DNA of 64,000 nt from the human T2T-CHM13v2.0 reference genome, Homo sapiens. The notes beneath the pieces are model-generated. The model ran no database searches. It saw only the letters and a program-made list of their open reading frames with translations, and was not told where the DNA came from. A program made the translations under genes and the position numbers. Below, piece by piece: positions 14,112 through 32,498 of this stretch (position 1 is its first letter; the number at the start of each line of letters is the position of its first letter). The stretch lies in the NCBI RefSeq assembly GCF_009914755.1, contig NC_060929.1. One strand, given 5' to 3'.

Positions 14112-15239
14112 AAATTGCAGGGATGAGCCCAAATGGTAACAAATGACTTGGTAGCTTGTTGCAAAGCCAACAGATATTAAAAACCTAAAGTTATTTTTAA
14201 AACTATTGGGATGCATTTCTCTGATTAAACTAGTTTAGGTAATATCTTTTGTTCTGAATTTAAGACTTGATGATCCTGAGATTTATTTTAGCTTTATGAA
14301 TCTATGGTTGATGTAGCAGCCACGTTTATTATTTGAAGAAAGTGAGAAAGATGGTGTTAGGTATTCCTCAGAGAGAAATTGAAGTTTTAATTATTATAGG
14401 ACATAATATGAGGGAAAGAGATATTGAACAGTTCAAGTCCAAGCCCAAGAAATTTTCACTCAATATTTTAAAATAGAATAGTGTGCTTAGTCAATTAGGA
14501 AGCTCTTGATGTTGGTTTTCACTGGGCAAAATTTTGGCCACCCAAGGTATTATAATGCTTCCAAATTAATAAAGAGAAAACTTTCTTTTAAATATTGAGT
14601 AATGTTCCCTTTTGGCTTCCACTTAAAACTGATGCTACAAAAACTATGTAACATTTTTCACTAGTCTACTGTGAATGCATATTTTGTAGTATAAATTAAA
14701 GGCCGTCCTCACAGTTACTGAAATCTGCAAAGTTAAATTCAACGTGGTGGGCTGTAGAAAATTCCCAGATTTCTTCTCTTTTTGCCTTATTACAGTGAAG
14801 ATAGTTGACATTTTAACTATTAACACAGCTTGGCTTAAAGAATACAGTGTTTGTCTTCTACTTCAGATGTCCTTCCTGTCCTCTCAGAAGACACTGTTTC
14901 TTTTACGATAATCCTCATACTGCTTAATCTTCATATAGCATCTTATATTATTTAATATTATCTCCTTTCTCCCTCCCTTTGTTCCTTCTTTTTTTTTTCG
15001 TTTTTAGTTACTGAGATCAAAATGTTGGTGCTACTATCGATAAAAACAATGGGAGATTGTGGCTTAATTTGAGCAGCCAATTGGCCATAAAATACTCCCC
15101 AAGAGTGCATTTATCCACCTGGACACTGGCAGAGATGAACCTGCAAGGCAGCCTGTTCCTGTTACGCTTACCACACTGTGGGGAGCAGAAATGGCCTCTT
15201 TATCTTAAGAAGACTTGGTGGATCCAAAGGAGAGCTCTG

Positions 15240-16290
15240 CCCTTCTGAAAACTCTCTCAGCCCTTGGTTTCTGTCTCTGAACCTCTTGTCCATCTAGTTT
15301 CTTTCTTCATTGCTGCCTCCTCTTTCTTTACCTTGCCATCCTGAGACATGGGCATTCCTGAGGTTCAGTTTTCATCTTTATACCCTCTCCCTTAGGGGTC
15401 ATCTTCTTCATTTGTAGTTCACCTATTAACTCTATGAGGGCAGGCACCAAATATATTTCTCCAGCCCCAGATTCTGGGCTCCCCACTGGACATCAGTTCA
15501 GAAAACTTGTTTTCAAAATTAAATGCATTCTCTTTTTCCTTATAAAAACATCCTTTGATGTCCACATTTTTTTTTTTTTTTTGCTGCTGTATCACCACTT
15601 TCCAGCCACCCAGACGCAGAAAGTCTGATATCCTCTCCTTTAATCAGGCATTCCTTTGCCATGTCTCCTGAATCCATCCCTTCCTTTCCATTCCCACTGA
15701 TAGATACTGCGCCAGCTCCATCCGCTGTGAGATCAATCAATTGCACTGAATCTGAAAGGGCCACACGAAGTTTAGTTTATACTCCCTGTGCTTTCAGCTT
15801 CTCCTTCCAGTTCACCCTGCATCCATCAATCTTCTTTAAGGTTAATCTCCCTCGCATTAGAGATTAAATCCCTTTCTTCTGTGTTTGAGGGCTCACACAA
15901 TTTACCTTTTATAAACCTTTCGAGCTAATCTCCTTTTCTCACACAAACCTTTTAATCCAATCCAACTTATCTAATCACTATTCCTTTAATGTTGTTTTCC
16001 TCCATGTCTTTGCTCACTTAGTTTTCCCTACCCAGGGGGTCTTCAACACATTTCTCTATCAAAATCCTACTCCTTTATGGCCCAAATTAAACCTCACCAC
16101 TTTTTGTATGCTTCTCTCGACTTAAAATTCTAAATGTTGCCTTTTAAACTCAACAATGAGTTTTTATAGCACTTTTTGTTAGTAATCAGTTTTATGCTAT
16201 TTTTGCTTTTATATCTTTCAATATGTCTTGTTTCTAGTTAGATTATAAGCTACTTGAGGAGAAGAAGTTTATTTATATCTTCTTCACCAT
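15240..16290. mobile_element. Degraded L2 fragments
   Basis: Pyrimidine-rich L2-like motifs (CTCCAGCCCCAGA, CTGAATCCATCCCTTCCTTTCCATTCCCACTG, TAGATTATAAGCTACTTGAGG); boundaries approximate. Confidence 0.55.
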
Positions 16291-16594
16291 ATGGAATTAT
16301 CAATTGTTAGCTGGAGATTTTCTTTTATTACAAAGCTTTTCATCTCCCACTTGAGGTCATCTTCTATTTGGAAACTTTTCACCTTCCTCTGAGGCTGTTT
16401 TCTATTACATAACTTTTCACCTTCCTTTGCTCCTTTGCTTCCTTTGCATGAGTGATGAATACTTCTGAATTTTATTATTCAATATTAGTACCTAAATAAT
16501 AGGAATTGAATTTTTCTTGATGATATATGTACTTAGGTTTTTCCCCACTTGGGGTGCCAATGCATGTTTCAGTTCATTAATACTTTTACTTTTC

Positions 16595-17280
16595 ATTATA
16601 TTTTTTATTTTACTTTAAATTTTCATATAGTAATTGTACATATTTAAGGGGTACATACTGATGTTTGGATATTTTTAAGGTATCATGACCAGACCAGGGT
16701 AATTAGCATATCCATCATCTCAAACATTTATCATTTCTTTGTGTTGGGAACATTCAATATCCTCCTTTTAGTTATTTGAAATTACATAATATGAAAGATA
16801 ATTACATATTATATGGTTAATAAGTTAACCATATAATATATAGGATATAGTTATATATAATAAGAATATATAGGACTATATAACTATACATTATATAGTT
16901 ATACTATATATAATATAACTATATCCTATATAATTAAAATAATATACAGTTACACATAACAGATATATACAGATATATATAATATATAACTCTATATAAT
17001 ATATAGTTAATTATACAGGATAAATAACTATAGTTATCCTACAGTGCTATAGAACACTAGGGCTTATCCTCTTATTTAATATATAGTTACACATAACTAT
17101 ATATTATATATAGTTACATATCTATATATTATATACAGTATATATAAATATATAACTTTCTATATAATATATAGTTAATTATATAGGATAAATAACTATA
17201 GTTATCCTACAGTGCTATAGAACACTAGAGCTTATCCTCTTATTTAACTGCAATTTTACATCCTTTAATAAATCTCGTTA
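16595..17280 (-). mobile_element. L1MA-type 3' end containing a TA-rich expansion and an internal duplication
   Basis: AGGGTAATTAGCATATCCATCATCTCAAACATTTATCATTTCTTTGTGTTGGGAACATTCAA is typical of reverse L1MA 3' UTR; low-complexity TATA tract at 16790-17200. Confidence 0.8.
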
Positions 17281-19009
17281 TTTACCATCCTTCTATTCCA
17301 CCCTGGAAGGGCTCTTAGGGTCTTTAGAGTTCTAAGGCTCTATTTATCTTTGGTAAATAATATAATCATGCTTAAAAATAATCAACCCCAGGAAATCAGC
17401 AAAACAAATTTCCTCCTTGTTTAACCACATGCAAAATTCCCAGATTTAAACTATGTCTGCTCCATAAGAAGATTATTCTCTTACAATCTATAAAGTTTTA
17501 AAGAAGTTTCCAAGATTAAAGGTAGCACATAGCCAACCCAGGATCCAGCAAAACTAAGCAAAAGACTTTTCCCAAAAAGATAGTGTGGCTATCTTGAGTC
17601 TGGGAAATGATCTCCACAATCCCCGCCATAAAGTGATGTGTGTTGACAAGTAGGCTAATAGCAGATTCCCTTTCAGCTTTGAAAGCAATGTTTGGAAGCT
17701 GGCAGTAAGAAAACCAGTACAGTAAAAACAGTTGCCTAATTACAAAAAACTCATTGCTTACATTTCAGTATGAAGCCAGAATTTGTTTGAATACATGGAA
17801 TTCATGTTGTTCTAAAACACAGCTAAATAAATAAATAAGCGGTTTACATAGTTTGCCATACTTTTGCTATTCTTTTGCAAAAGAGCATAGGAGAGCATGA
17901 CCATCAAGTGATAACAGTTGCTGACAGAGAAAGCCCTGTGTTCTCAAATGTGAAGTAATTTTGACTTTTATATATTGAAAGCAGCATTGAGTTGCAGCCA
18001 ATTCAGAGATATAAAGATCTGTAGAATTCTCTTTAAAATAATTTTTATTGATTCATCTGTAAGCAGAAGTATGAGAATCCAATTTTCCATAAACTGCTTT
18101 CACCAAATATTTGTGAAAATATTCCATCAGAAATACCTCTCTTCCCTATCTCTTCCCAGATGACTGCAGCATATAGACAATCCAAGCTTAAGTCAATTAA
18201 AACACAGCTAACCACACGTTTCCCAGTAGCAGATGAATGTGGATTCAAGTCCACTCTTAAATGATAGCACAGCCTTCTAGCACATACTCAGTTCTGGCGA
18301 ATTGACAAACATCATCTCATAAATAGCAAAGAGGGGCTCTCTCAAGTAGATGTATCTGGGTTAAAATACTGGGTGTATGAATCACTCTTACAATTGTAAT
18401 GGTGACCCAGGAAAAATATCAGTCTCTAATTCTGGGAACTTAAGATATTTGCTTGAAGAGCAACTTTGACGACTGGATTTCATTTTCAGGACTCAACAAG
18501 ACATTTTTGTAATACATCAAATCCAAGTCTGAAATCATTCCTGCGGCTGTTTATGGCTACTGTCTCAGCCAGTCCAAGTGGAGGTTAAAGTTGATACTTC
18601 CACGTAGCTTCCTATTCTGAAGTTGGGCATTTTTCTGCTCTTTGGCAGTTTGTGACTTGTTAAGGACCTCAGTGTATTGCTTGCAATCTGTATCTTGATT
18701 GCTAAGGTTTTCAGACTTTGTTTTTAAAAATCTTTGGATTATTTTATTTGCAAGTACTAGTTTTAATTGATCATGTTCATCATATACTTAGAAATTAAAG
18801 AGACAGTATCTGGTTAGATGCTTGAGACATTACTGAGCAAAAGGCAAAAATCAAAGGTTTAAATAAGTAGGTGAAATGTATGGATCTTAATGACTTACCT
18901 ATGTAAGTGAGCTTCTTAAACACAATTACTGAGAGTCATTGTATCAGGTACTTTACTGAAGTTATATTACATATCTGTCATGATGAGTATAAAATAGGGG
19001 TAAGTAGAC

Positions 19010-19482
19010 CATGTCATGGACATTTGCTACTTTTTGAATTGCCTTCATCTTTTTCTTCCTGAAACTACCCATCCAGATAATTCCAGTGGTATATTCTATA
19101 ATTGTGTCTTCATCTCCTTTTGACATAAATCAAATTCACCAATCTGTATCTAATTCCACTATCCAAAGTTATTGTCTCAAGGGTGGGCAGAACTCAAGAA
19201 AAGCCATTCAGAATCCGTTTTGGAGATTAGTGTGACTTTTGAGGGAGAGACATGTGGCCTTTTTAACTGAATTGTCTGGTATCATTAATACATATACCTG
19301 GAAAGGCAAGGGCCCATCTTTGCTTCTCCATGGGGAGAATCCTCCTGTAAACTAAGTCAACCCGGAGGACAGCAGAACCGATAAATTATGTCAATCCATA
19401 CATTCTTTCTTTCTTTCTCTTTTTGCTGTGAGCCAATTTTGTTAGGGTTTCTGGCATTTACAACCAGAAGAACTCTAACTAA
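19010..19482 (+). mobile_element. Old MLT1 (J/K-like) LTR
   Basis: Ends TTAGGGTTTCTGGCATTTACAACCAGAAGAACTCTAACTAATA. Confidence 0.5.
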
Positions 19483-21516
19483 TATTTCTTTTTAATTGTA
19501 CACACATGAGATTATCTGAGTTGTCCAAATACACACAGCAAGTAGGTGGTAGGCCTAGGATTTGAACACAGGTTTCTTTGATTCCAGAACATTGGTGATA
19601 TAATGACCTTGAGGGCAGCATGGGAAATCTTGGAACTAGTCTTTTATTTAAATATCAAGATAACCTTGGACTATGATTCCAAATTACGCAAACCATTTTC
19701 TTCCCAAGAAATTTTTGTATGCCCCTGAAATGATAAGGGGAGGAGATAGCCCAACAGATTCTAGCACATACCTTTTTTGTTGTTGTTAAGACAATCTTGA
19801 AGAATGCTTCCTTATCTTAAACTGGGCAAGTGAGAATATTTCATGGAAATTGTCTTTTTACTTCTATCAGTGCTGGCTTGCATTTGTTATAAATCCTGAT
19901 GTTTACAGTTGTACAAATAGTCAATGTAATTTAATATCAGTTCATGAGAAATGCTGAGAAAATCCCTTGATTTTCATCACCAACCTCTCCTAAAGTGGAC
20001 CTTCCTGATATGTACTTTCACAAGCCAAACAGGGACTGTTTTTCCTCTCTGGTCTCTGCTGTGTTTTGATGACCCAGCTGGTAAGAGGTCACTGCTTGGA
20101 AGGCACAGATAACTGTAACAAGGGAAAGCTGCTTCTTTGATGTCCCAGACATTTAGTGAGGTCTAATAGTGTGGTAAATATTCGTGGACCACTACATATA
20201 TCACCTTTGATAAGAATTCTTTTCAAACCAGGATATTCCAAAATTTGTTCTAATATGTTGAAAAAGAAGTTACAATGTTGAAACAGAATGTATGGTTTTT
20301 AGTTGTAAAGATGACCACCTTCATTTCATACTCAAATTTAAATCTCTTAACAAACATTTATGAGGATAAGTTTGCAGGTATCTAATGATTGAAGTGTTTC
20401 AGATTTAGCAGATGCAATGAGAATTTGTGAATGGTAGATGGGTCTCACAGTTGGTCAAGTTTTTATTTTTTGGATCTTTTGTTTACCTCAAAGCAGAAAG
20501 AAAACCATTATGATACTGATACCAAAAGTTAGGATTCAAATATTCAACACTTATTAGAGCAGGCATTTTAAACTCAGTTTACCTAAGTTCCAGGATGGAG
20601 GCTGAGTTTAAAATCCTATCAAAATTACTTTAAAGTGTGTTTGTATTGCTTGCTATCCAATTATATTTAGTTTTTTAATAAAAGACTCTACCTCTGTTGT
20701 CATAAAATCTAGTATTTTGGGATTACAATAAATTAGCAGATAGCTCTAGTTTAGTATCAATTTTTAAAGGCTTTTTAGAAGCAATAGTATGTTATAAAAT
20801 GCAAATTGGAAAGTTAAACATGGTGAGTTGACTAGCTGTTAACCTCTCCTGCCTCCTGAAACTAAAATAAAATGACAATAAAGGTATTTTTAAGGTTATA
20901 AATAAACAAGAACAAAGAGATTGGAAGAGGAGACATCAGCAATGAAATGCTGGAAGCTGAAGAACAAATGGAAGAGTGGTAATTGACTTAGCAGATCCTA
21001 GAAAGCCAAGTCCTAATCAGACACGGGAAGCAAAACACTAGTTTGAAGCAAACTGATTTACACCAGGAGACCTCCAAAGGGCTTGAGAATTGCTGACACT
21101 AAACACTGCTGGAAGTGGAGATGAAGGTGAACTAAAAACAGGGTGTTTGGTTGAAGTCTTTTAAGAAAAGTTAGTCCTCCAGGGCTCACCTCTACTCTGT
21201 GCAGCCCAGCATTGCTCCTGCTCCATGCTCGCAGGTTCTAGAAGTGAGACCTTCTAGAACAGAATGCCTCACTGTAGGCAGAATGAAAGTGAAGATTTAT
21301 GTGCTCTATGTTGACTCTCCAATTCCTAGATGTTATGATATTTTCAAGCAGGAGAGCAAAGAGCAAAGGAACTATCTCTAGAGAATCTCACTGGACCCTG
21401 AAGTAAAGATACTGAGTGTCCTTAATGGATTAATGTAGGCAAACAATAAAAGAATACTCATGCGACATCCATCTTCCTCCACCACATGTAGATCTTCTTA
21501 TCAACAGTTTATGGTA

Positions 21517-21542
21517 CACACACACACACACACACACACACA
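21517..21542. repeat. (CA)n microsatellite
   Basis: About 13 CA units. Confidence 0.95.
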
Positions 21543-22076
21543 TCCAAACAGATAGTTAATAATGACCACTTATGGCATAGAATGATGAAGGGGTTATAAA
21601 AATCACATTTCAATTATTTATGTATTCTTTGAAAAAAGTTTAAAGATTATATTACCTTTATTTTTATTTTTAACTTGGTAACTTTTATGAAAGTTATACA
21701 TGAACACAAGTTAGAATAAATAGCTCTTATTTCAAAAAACAGCATGCTTCTGTCCTCCCATGTGTCACGCTTCGTGGTTTCTAGAAGCAACCTTTTTCAA
21801 ATCCTTTAACAATTTTTTTTATTAATTTGTATTAATCTGAGTAATTTGCTTAAATTGCTTCTTCTTGACCTTTGAGTTTAAAATACGACTGACTTTTCAC
21901 TGTGAAGAGGAGGCTACCATCACATCCATTCATACTTTCCATCTTTCACTTGCTCGGTATAAGGAAATCATAATTTTTATTACATCAACATTCATTTCTC
22001 AGTTGTGGTACCCTATGTTGTATACTAAGATAATGTTTCTTTTCTGCAAGTTTTGTTGACACTGTTACTATAAACC

Positions 22077-22341
<265 letters not shown>

Positions 22342-23704
22342 CGACTAATAAATATTTTATTTCTATATTCCCCCACCTGTTTCTTAAGTCTTCTCTAAGT
22401 TAACTCAAACATGTCAGACATTTCAATATATTTTGCAGAAAAAGTTTCTCATACAGTAAGGGTGTGCTTCAATAAAAAGTACTCTTTTGAACTTCTTTCT
22501 GGGGATTATTGTCACTTCTGTCTTATGTTATACATCTTTTCCATTTTGTTAATATATAAATATAGTAGTCAAAATAATAACTCAACGAACTATTCTCTTT
22601 ACTAGTAAAGGTTTATCTAACACTGCAATCTTCAGATGCATGTTCTAGAGTGTTTTATTATTCTTAATTTATTTAGAAATTCCAGTGAAAGGTTAAGATA
22701 AATCATTTTGGAAAAATTAGATTAAACCAGAATCTTTTTGACATAGAAAATAACATGAATACAAGAAACAGACATTGGGGGAAATCTTTACCATTTAACA
22801 TAACAATAAAATTGTTCAGCACAACTCATTTATTGACTCAAGTATTGTCATTGTACATGCTGTAACAGAGCAATGAGCTATAACAAGAGTTTTTAGATAA
22901 TCTGTGTTTTAGATTATAAATAGAAATATCAACTCATCTGAGGAGTTCTCACCTCTGTAAGAAATGATTCATATTAATAACCATATTCAGATTTATTGGC
23001 ATTTTGTGATTCAGTTTTCGGGCTAAAAATATATTTTCCTTTCTTTGTTAAAACATATGCCTGTGTATTTATACTTAGTCCTGAGCAGAAAAAAATAATA
23101 CGGAAGATGCCACAATTTAAATATTATAATCTCCTTAAGAAGAAGTTTTATTCTTTGGGAAAAGTTGCATTTTTATGCTTGATACAATGAATTAATCTTT
23201 AGCTCCTCTTACTTCTGCATAAATGGCTATCTGATTGCTTATATATTCAGAGTAGACATTCCTAATTTAAAATACAGAACCTAATCATTCTATTTTCCTT
23301 GCTTTGGAGGCCTTGCTTTACTAGCTAACCATTCATCAGTGGACTTTAAATTGCTGTAGGCAAGCAGAAAAGGATTTCCTTCTTTACATTTTCTTAGTAT
23401 ATTTTCACAGAAAAGAATATTAATAGATGTGTAAAAATCCCCTGAGAACTTTTGCAGCCATTGCAATTTAGAGATGTTATTGAATTGGCTTAAAAAGTAT
23501 GAAATAAGAGAAACAAAAATATTAGGCTAAGAAAGCTACAGTTTGGTTTTTTAAAAATATTTCTGTGATAAGAAAAAACAAAGGTTTCAGCTGCCAACCA
23601 TAGAGCTTCAAAACATACAGCTAAGCAAAGACTGACATACTCACATATACCATCTCACTAACACAATTGTTAGATGATGGTGGAAAATGCAGCCACCAAT
23701 CTCA

Positions 23705-24010
23705 TTTTTTTTAATTTTTGTTTTGAGACAGGATCTTGCTCTGTCAATCTGGCTGGAGTGCAGTGGTACAAACACAGCTCACTGCAGCCTTGACCTTCCG
23801 GGCTCAGGCCATCTTCCCACCTCAGCCTTCTGAGAAGCTGGGACTACAGGCATGCACCACCATGCCTAATACTTCACTTTTTTTTTTTTTTTGTAGAGAC
23901 AGGGTTTCACCATGTTGCCCAGGCTGGTCCAAAATTTCTGGGCTTAAATTATCCTCCTGCCTCAGCCTCCCAAAGTGCTGGGATTGCAGGTGTGAGCAAC
24001 TGTGCCCTGT
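23705..24010 (-). mobile_element. AluJ
   Basis: CACAGCTCACTGCAGCCTTGACC and TTTTGTAGAGACAGGG are J-type diagnostics. Confidence 0.92.
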
Positions 24011-24324
24011 CAGATATCATTCTTTTTTTTTTTTTTACTAATCTCATGGCAGGCTTTATTTCTTTTTCACTATATTTCTTTTTTTTTAAATTATTTTATT
24101 TTATTTTATTTTGTTTTTTATTATACTTTAAGTTTTAGGGTACATGTGCACATTGTGCAGGTTAGTTACATATGTATACATGTGCCATGCTGGTGCGCTG
24201 CACCTACTAACTCGTCATCTAGCATTAGGTATATCTCCCAATGCTATCCCTCCCCCCTCCCCCCACCCCACAGTAGTCCCCAGAGGGTGATGTTCCCCTT
24301 CCTGTGTCCATGTGATCTCATTGT

Positions 24325-28152
<3,828 letters not shown>

Positions 28153-28215
28153 GATGATGTTAGCTGGTGATTTTGCTCGTTAGTTGATGCAGTTTCTTCC
28201 TAGTCTTGATGGTCT

Positions 28216-29232
28216 TTACATTTTGGCATGATTTTGCAGCGGCTGGTACCGGTTGTTCCTTTCCATGTTTAGTGCTTCCTTCAGGAGCTCTTTTAGGGCA
28301 GGCCTGGTGGTGACAAAATCTCTCAGCATTTGCTTGTCTGTAAAGTATTTTATTTCTCCTTCACTTATGAAGCTTAATTTGGCTGGATATGAAATTCTGG
28401 GTTGAAAATTCTTTTCTTTAAGAATGTTGAATATTGGCCCCCACTCTCTTCTTGCTTGTAGGGTTTCTGCCGATAGATCCGCTGTTAGTCTGATGGGCTT
28501 CCCTTTGAGGGTAACCCAACCTTTCTCTCTGGCTGCCCTTAACATTTTTTCCTTCATTTCAACTTTGGTGAATCTGACAATTATGTGTCTTGGAGTTGCT
28601 CTTCTCGAGGAGTATCTTTGTGGTGTTCTCTGTATTTCCTGAATCTGAATGTTGGCCTGCCTTGCTAGATTGGGGAAGTTCTCCTTGATAATATCCTGCA
28701 GACTGTTTTCCAACTTGGTTCCATTCTCCCCATCACTTTCAGGTACACCAATCAGATGTAGATTTGGTCTTTTCACATAGTCCCATATTTCTTGGAGGCT
28801 TTGCTCATTTCTTTTTATTCTTTTTTCTTTAAACTTCCCTTCTCACTTCATTTCATTCATTTCATCTTCCATTGCTGATACCCTTTCTTCCAGTTGATCG
28901 CATCGGCTCCTGAGGCTTCTGCATTCTTCACGTAGTTCTCGAGCCTTGGTTTTCAGCTCCATCAGCTCCTTTAAGCACTTCTCTGTATTGGTTATTCTAG
29001 TTATACATTCTTCTACATTTTTTTCAAAGTTTTCAACTTCTTTGCCTTTGGTTTGAATGTCCTCCCATAGCTCAGAGTAATTTGATCGTCTGAAGCCTTC
29101 TTCTCTTAGCTTGTCAAAGTCATTCTCCGTCCAGCTTTGTTCCATTGCTGGTGAGGAACTGCGTTCCTTTGGAGGAGGAGAGGCACTCTGCTTTTTAGAG
29201 TTTCCAGTTTTTCTGTTCTGTTTTTTCCCTAT
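28216..29232 (-). pseudogene. L1 ORF1p, inactivated
   Basis: Span is 339 codons; start ATG is ATA (29230-29232); premature stop at 28843-28845 after MNEMK; ends ...QPLQNHAKM. Confidence 0.95.
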
Positions 29233-30141
29233 CTTTGTGGTTTTATCTACTTTTGGTCTTAGATGATGGTGATGTACGGATGGGTTTTTGGTGTGGATGT
29301 CCTTTCTGTTTGTTAGTTTTCCTTCTAACAGACAGGACCCTCAGCTGTAGGTCTGTTGGAGTACCCTGCCGTGTGAGGTGTCAGTGTGCCCCTGCTGGGG
29401 GGTGCCTCCAAGTTAGGCTGCTCGGGGGTCAGGGGTCAGGGTCCCACTTGAGGAGGCAGTCTGCCCGTGCTCAGATCTCCAGCTGCGTGCTGGGAGAACC
29501 ACTGCTCTCTTCAAAGCTGTCAGACAGGGATATTTAAGTCTGCAGAGGTTACTGCTGTCTTTTTGTTTGTCTGTGCCCTGCCCCCAGAGGTGGAGCCTAC
29601 AGAGGCAGGCAGGCCTCCTTGAGCTGTGGTGGGCTCCACCCAGTTCGAGCTTCCCAGCTGCTTTGTTTACCTCAGCAAGCCTGGGCAATGGCAGGCGCCC
29701 CTCCCCCAGCCTCGCTGCGGCCTTGCAGTTTGATCTCAGACTGCTGTGCTAGCAATCAGGGAGACTCCGTGGGTGTAGGACCCTCCGAGCCAGGTGCAGG
29801 ATATAATCTCGTGGTGCACCGTTTTTTAAGCCCGTCGTAAAAGTGCAGTATTCAGGTGGGAGTGACCCAATTTTCCAGGTGCCGTCAGTCACCCCTTTCT
29901 TTAACTAGGAAAGGGAACTCCCTGACCCCTTGCGCTTCCCGAGTGAGGCAATGCCTCGCCGTGCTTCAGCTCACGCACGGTGCGTGCACCCACTGACCTG
30001 CGCCCACTGTCTGGCACTCCCTAGTGAGATGAACCCGGTACCTCAGATGGAAATGCAGAAATCACCCGTCTTCTGCGTCGCTCATGCTGGGAGCTGTAGA
30101 CCGGAGCTGTTCCTATTCGGCCATCTTGGCTCCTCCCCCCC
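29233..30141 (-). promoter_or_regulatory. L1 5'UTR internal sense promoter and antisense promoter; YY1 site intact
   Basis: CpG-rich 5'UTR; YY1 motif CAAGATGGCC on minus at ~30119-30128. Confidence 0.75.
29688..29840 (+). pseudogene. L1 ORF0 (antisense 5'UTR ORF), truncated to 50 aa
   Basis: MAGAPPPASLRPCSLISDCCASNQGDSVGVGPSEPGAGYNLVVHRFLSPS*, matching the ORF0 N-terminus (canonical 71 aa). Confidence 0.85.
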
Positions 30142-30984
30142 CAGATCTCATTCTTAATAAAAGACAAGTAAGTTAAAATCGTAATGAAAAACTGTTTCCG
30201 GTATCAGGCTGGCAAAGATAAAAAGGTTCGCTAATATACTGAGAGCAAGTGTATGGGAAAAACAGAATTCTATACTTACACACTATTGCTGGAAATGTAA
30301 ATGGTGGAAACTCCATTGAAGGGAACTTGGCAATATTTGCCAAAATTAAAAGTGCTCATACTCTTGGCCTAGAATTCTATTTTAAAACTGTATCCTACAG
30401 AAAATTTGCATTTAAATGTGCAAGGATATTCATTGTGGCTTTTTCTTTTTTTGCAAATAAAATAATACAACAAGGAATACATTAACTGTCTTATCAATAG
30501 ACTGCTGGTGGAATACTCTGCTAGATAAGTAAACTATGGTAAATTTATAATAGGAAAAAATCTATGCCATACACAACAGGTATGAATAAGGGCAGGAGAG
30601 TGTGTAAAGATGGAGCACTGCCTTTTGAATTTCTTTTTCCCTTGAATTTTTTATTTTAAAGAGTTTATAGAATGCTTCAGAAAGACTATATAAACCTGGT
30701 TACACATTTTTGTCTTGGGAAGGGAGGCTTGAGGAGGTCTAAGATAATCTATTTCTATAAACCTTTTTATATTGTGGGGAAAAAATTGTGCTACAGCATT
30801 TTCTACCAAGTTAAAGCTTAATAAAACAGCAAGCACAGTTTAATGGGTTCACATTCCTACTGACAACTGCAGCTTTAACTTATCACCAATACCCCTAAAT
30901 GTCCAATGACAGGCTCCATAGCTGAAGGAAAATTGGGAAACAATTGGAACGGTACAAAGATTGTGACATAAGTAACATTAGAAA

Positions 30985-31172
30985 TAATGATATTACCTCA
31001 CATTTTGTGAGCACTTGCGATGTATCAGGAGTTGGTCTAAGCATTTTACTTGTATTAACCTTCTTAATCCTCACAATTGTCCTAGAAATTATGTATTGTC
31101 TTCATCCTGATTTTATAGACAAGGTAGGCCTGAGAAACAGAGAGGTTGGGGAAACTCTCCAAGATCACAGTT
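30985..31172 (-). mobile_element. MIR
   Basis: TTAATCCTCACAA...TTTTATAGACAAGG...AGAGAGGTT...CCAAGATCACAG core. Confidence 0.75.
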
Positions 31173-31705
31173 ATTCAATGACTGCTCATAATTTTAATAA
31201 CTACAAGAACAGCACTAACAAAACAGAGAGCTTCCTGTGGCCCCCACTAGCATGATTCTGTCCTTCCTCACCAACTGTATCCCCCCCAGTCCAATAAAAG
31301 GTATTTTTCTCTGTCTGTTCAGTCTCAAAAAGGGAGATCTGTTTGGCTCACTATTTTGATTTGTAGACCTTTTCAAAGACTGTGTGGGTGTTATTAAACC
31401 TGTTTACTTCAGAAATTGAAAGGCTCAAAAAACAAAGAAATGAGTGGAAGATATGTCAGACAAATGCCAACTGAAAGATTGTGGCTTATCCTTGTTAAGA
31501 TTAGAAAACACAATACAAAAATCATAATATGAGAGGAAGATGTTTTAAAATATTGACAAAGATTAAATTTCCTCAGTGAAAATATCACAGCCATAACTGT
31601 TGAATCATTAAATAAAATCTATGAAACATATACAACTAAAGATATTAAAAATTCAATAAGAAATTGACAAAATTACTGTCATAGGAGCAGACCTTAGCAC
31701 ACATC

Positions 31706-32498
<793 letters not shown>

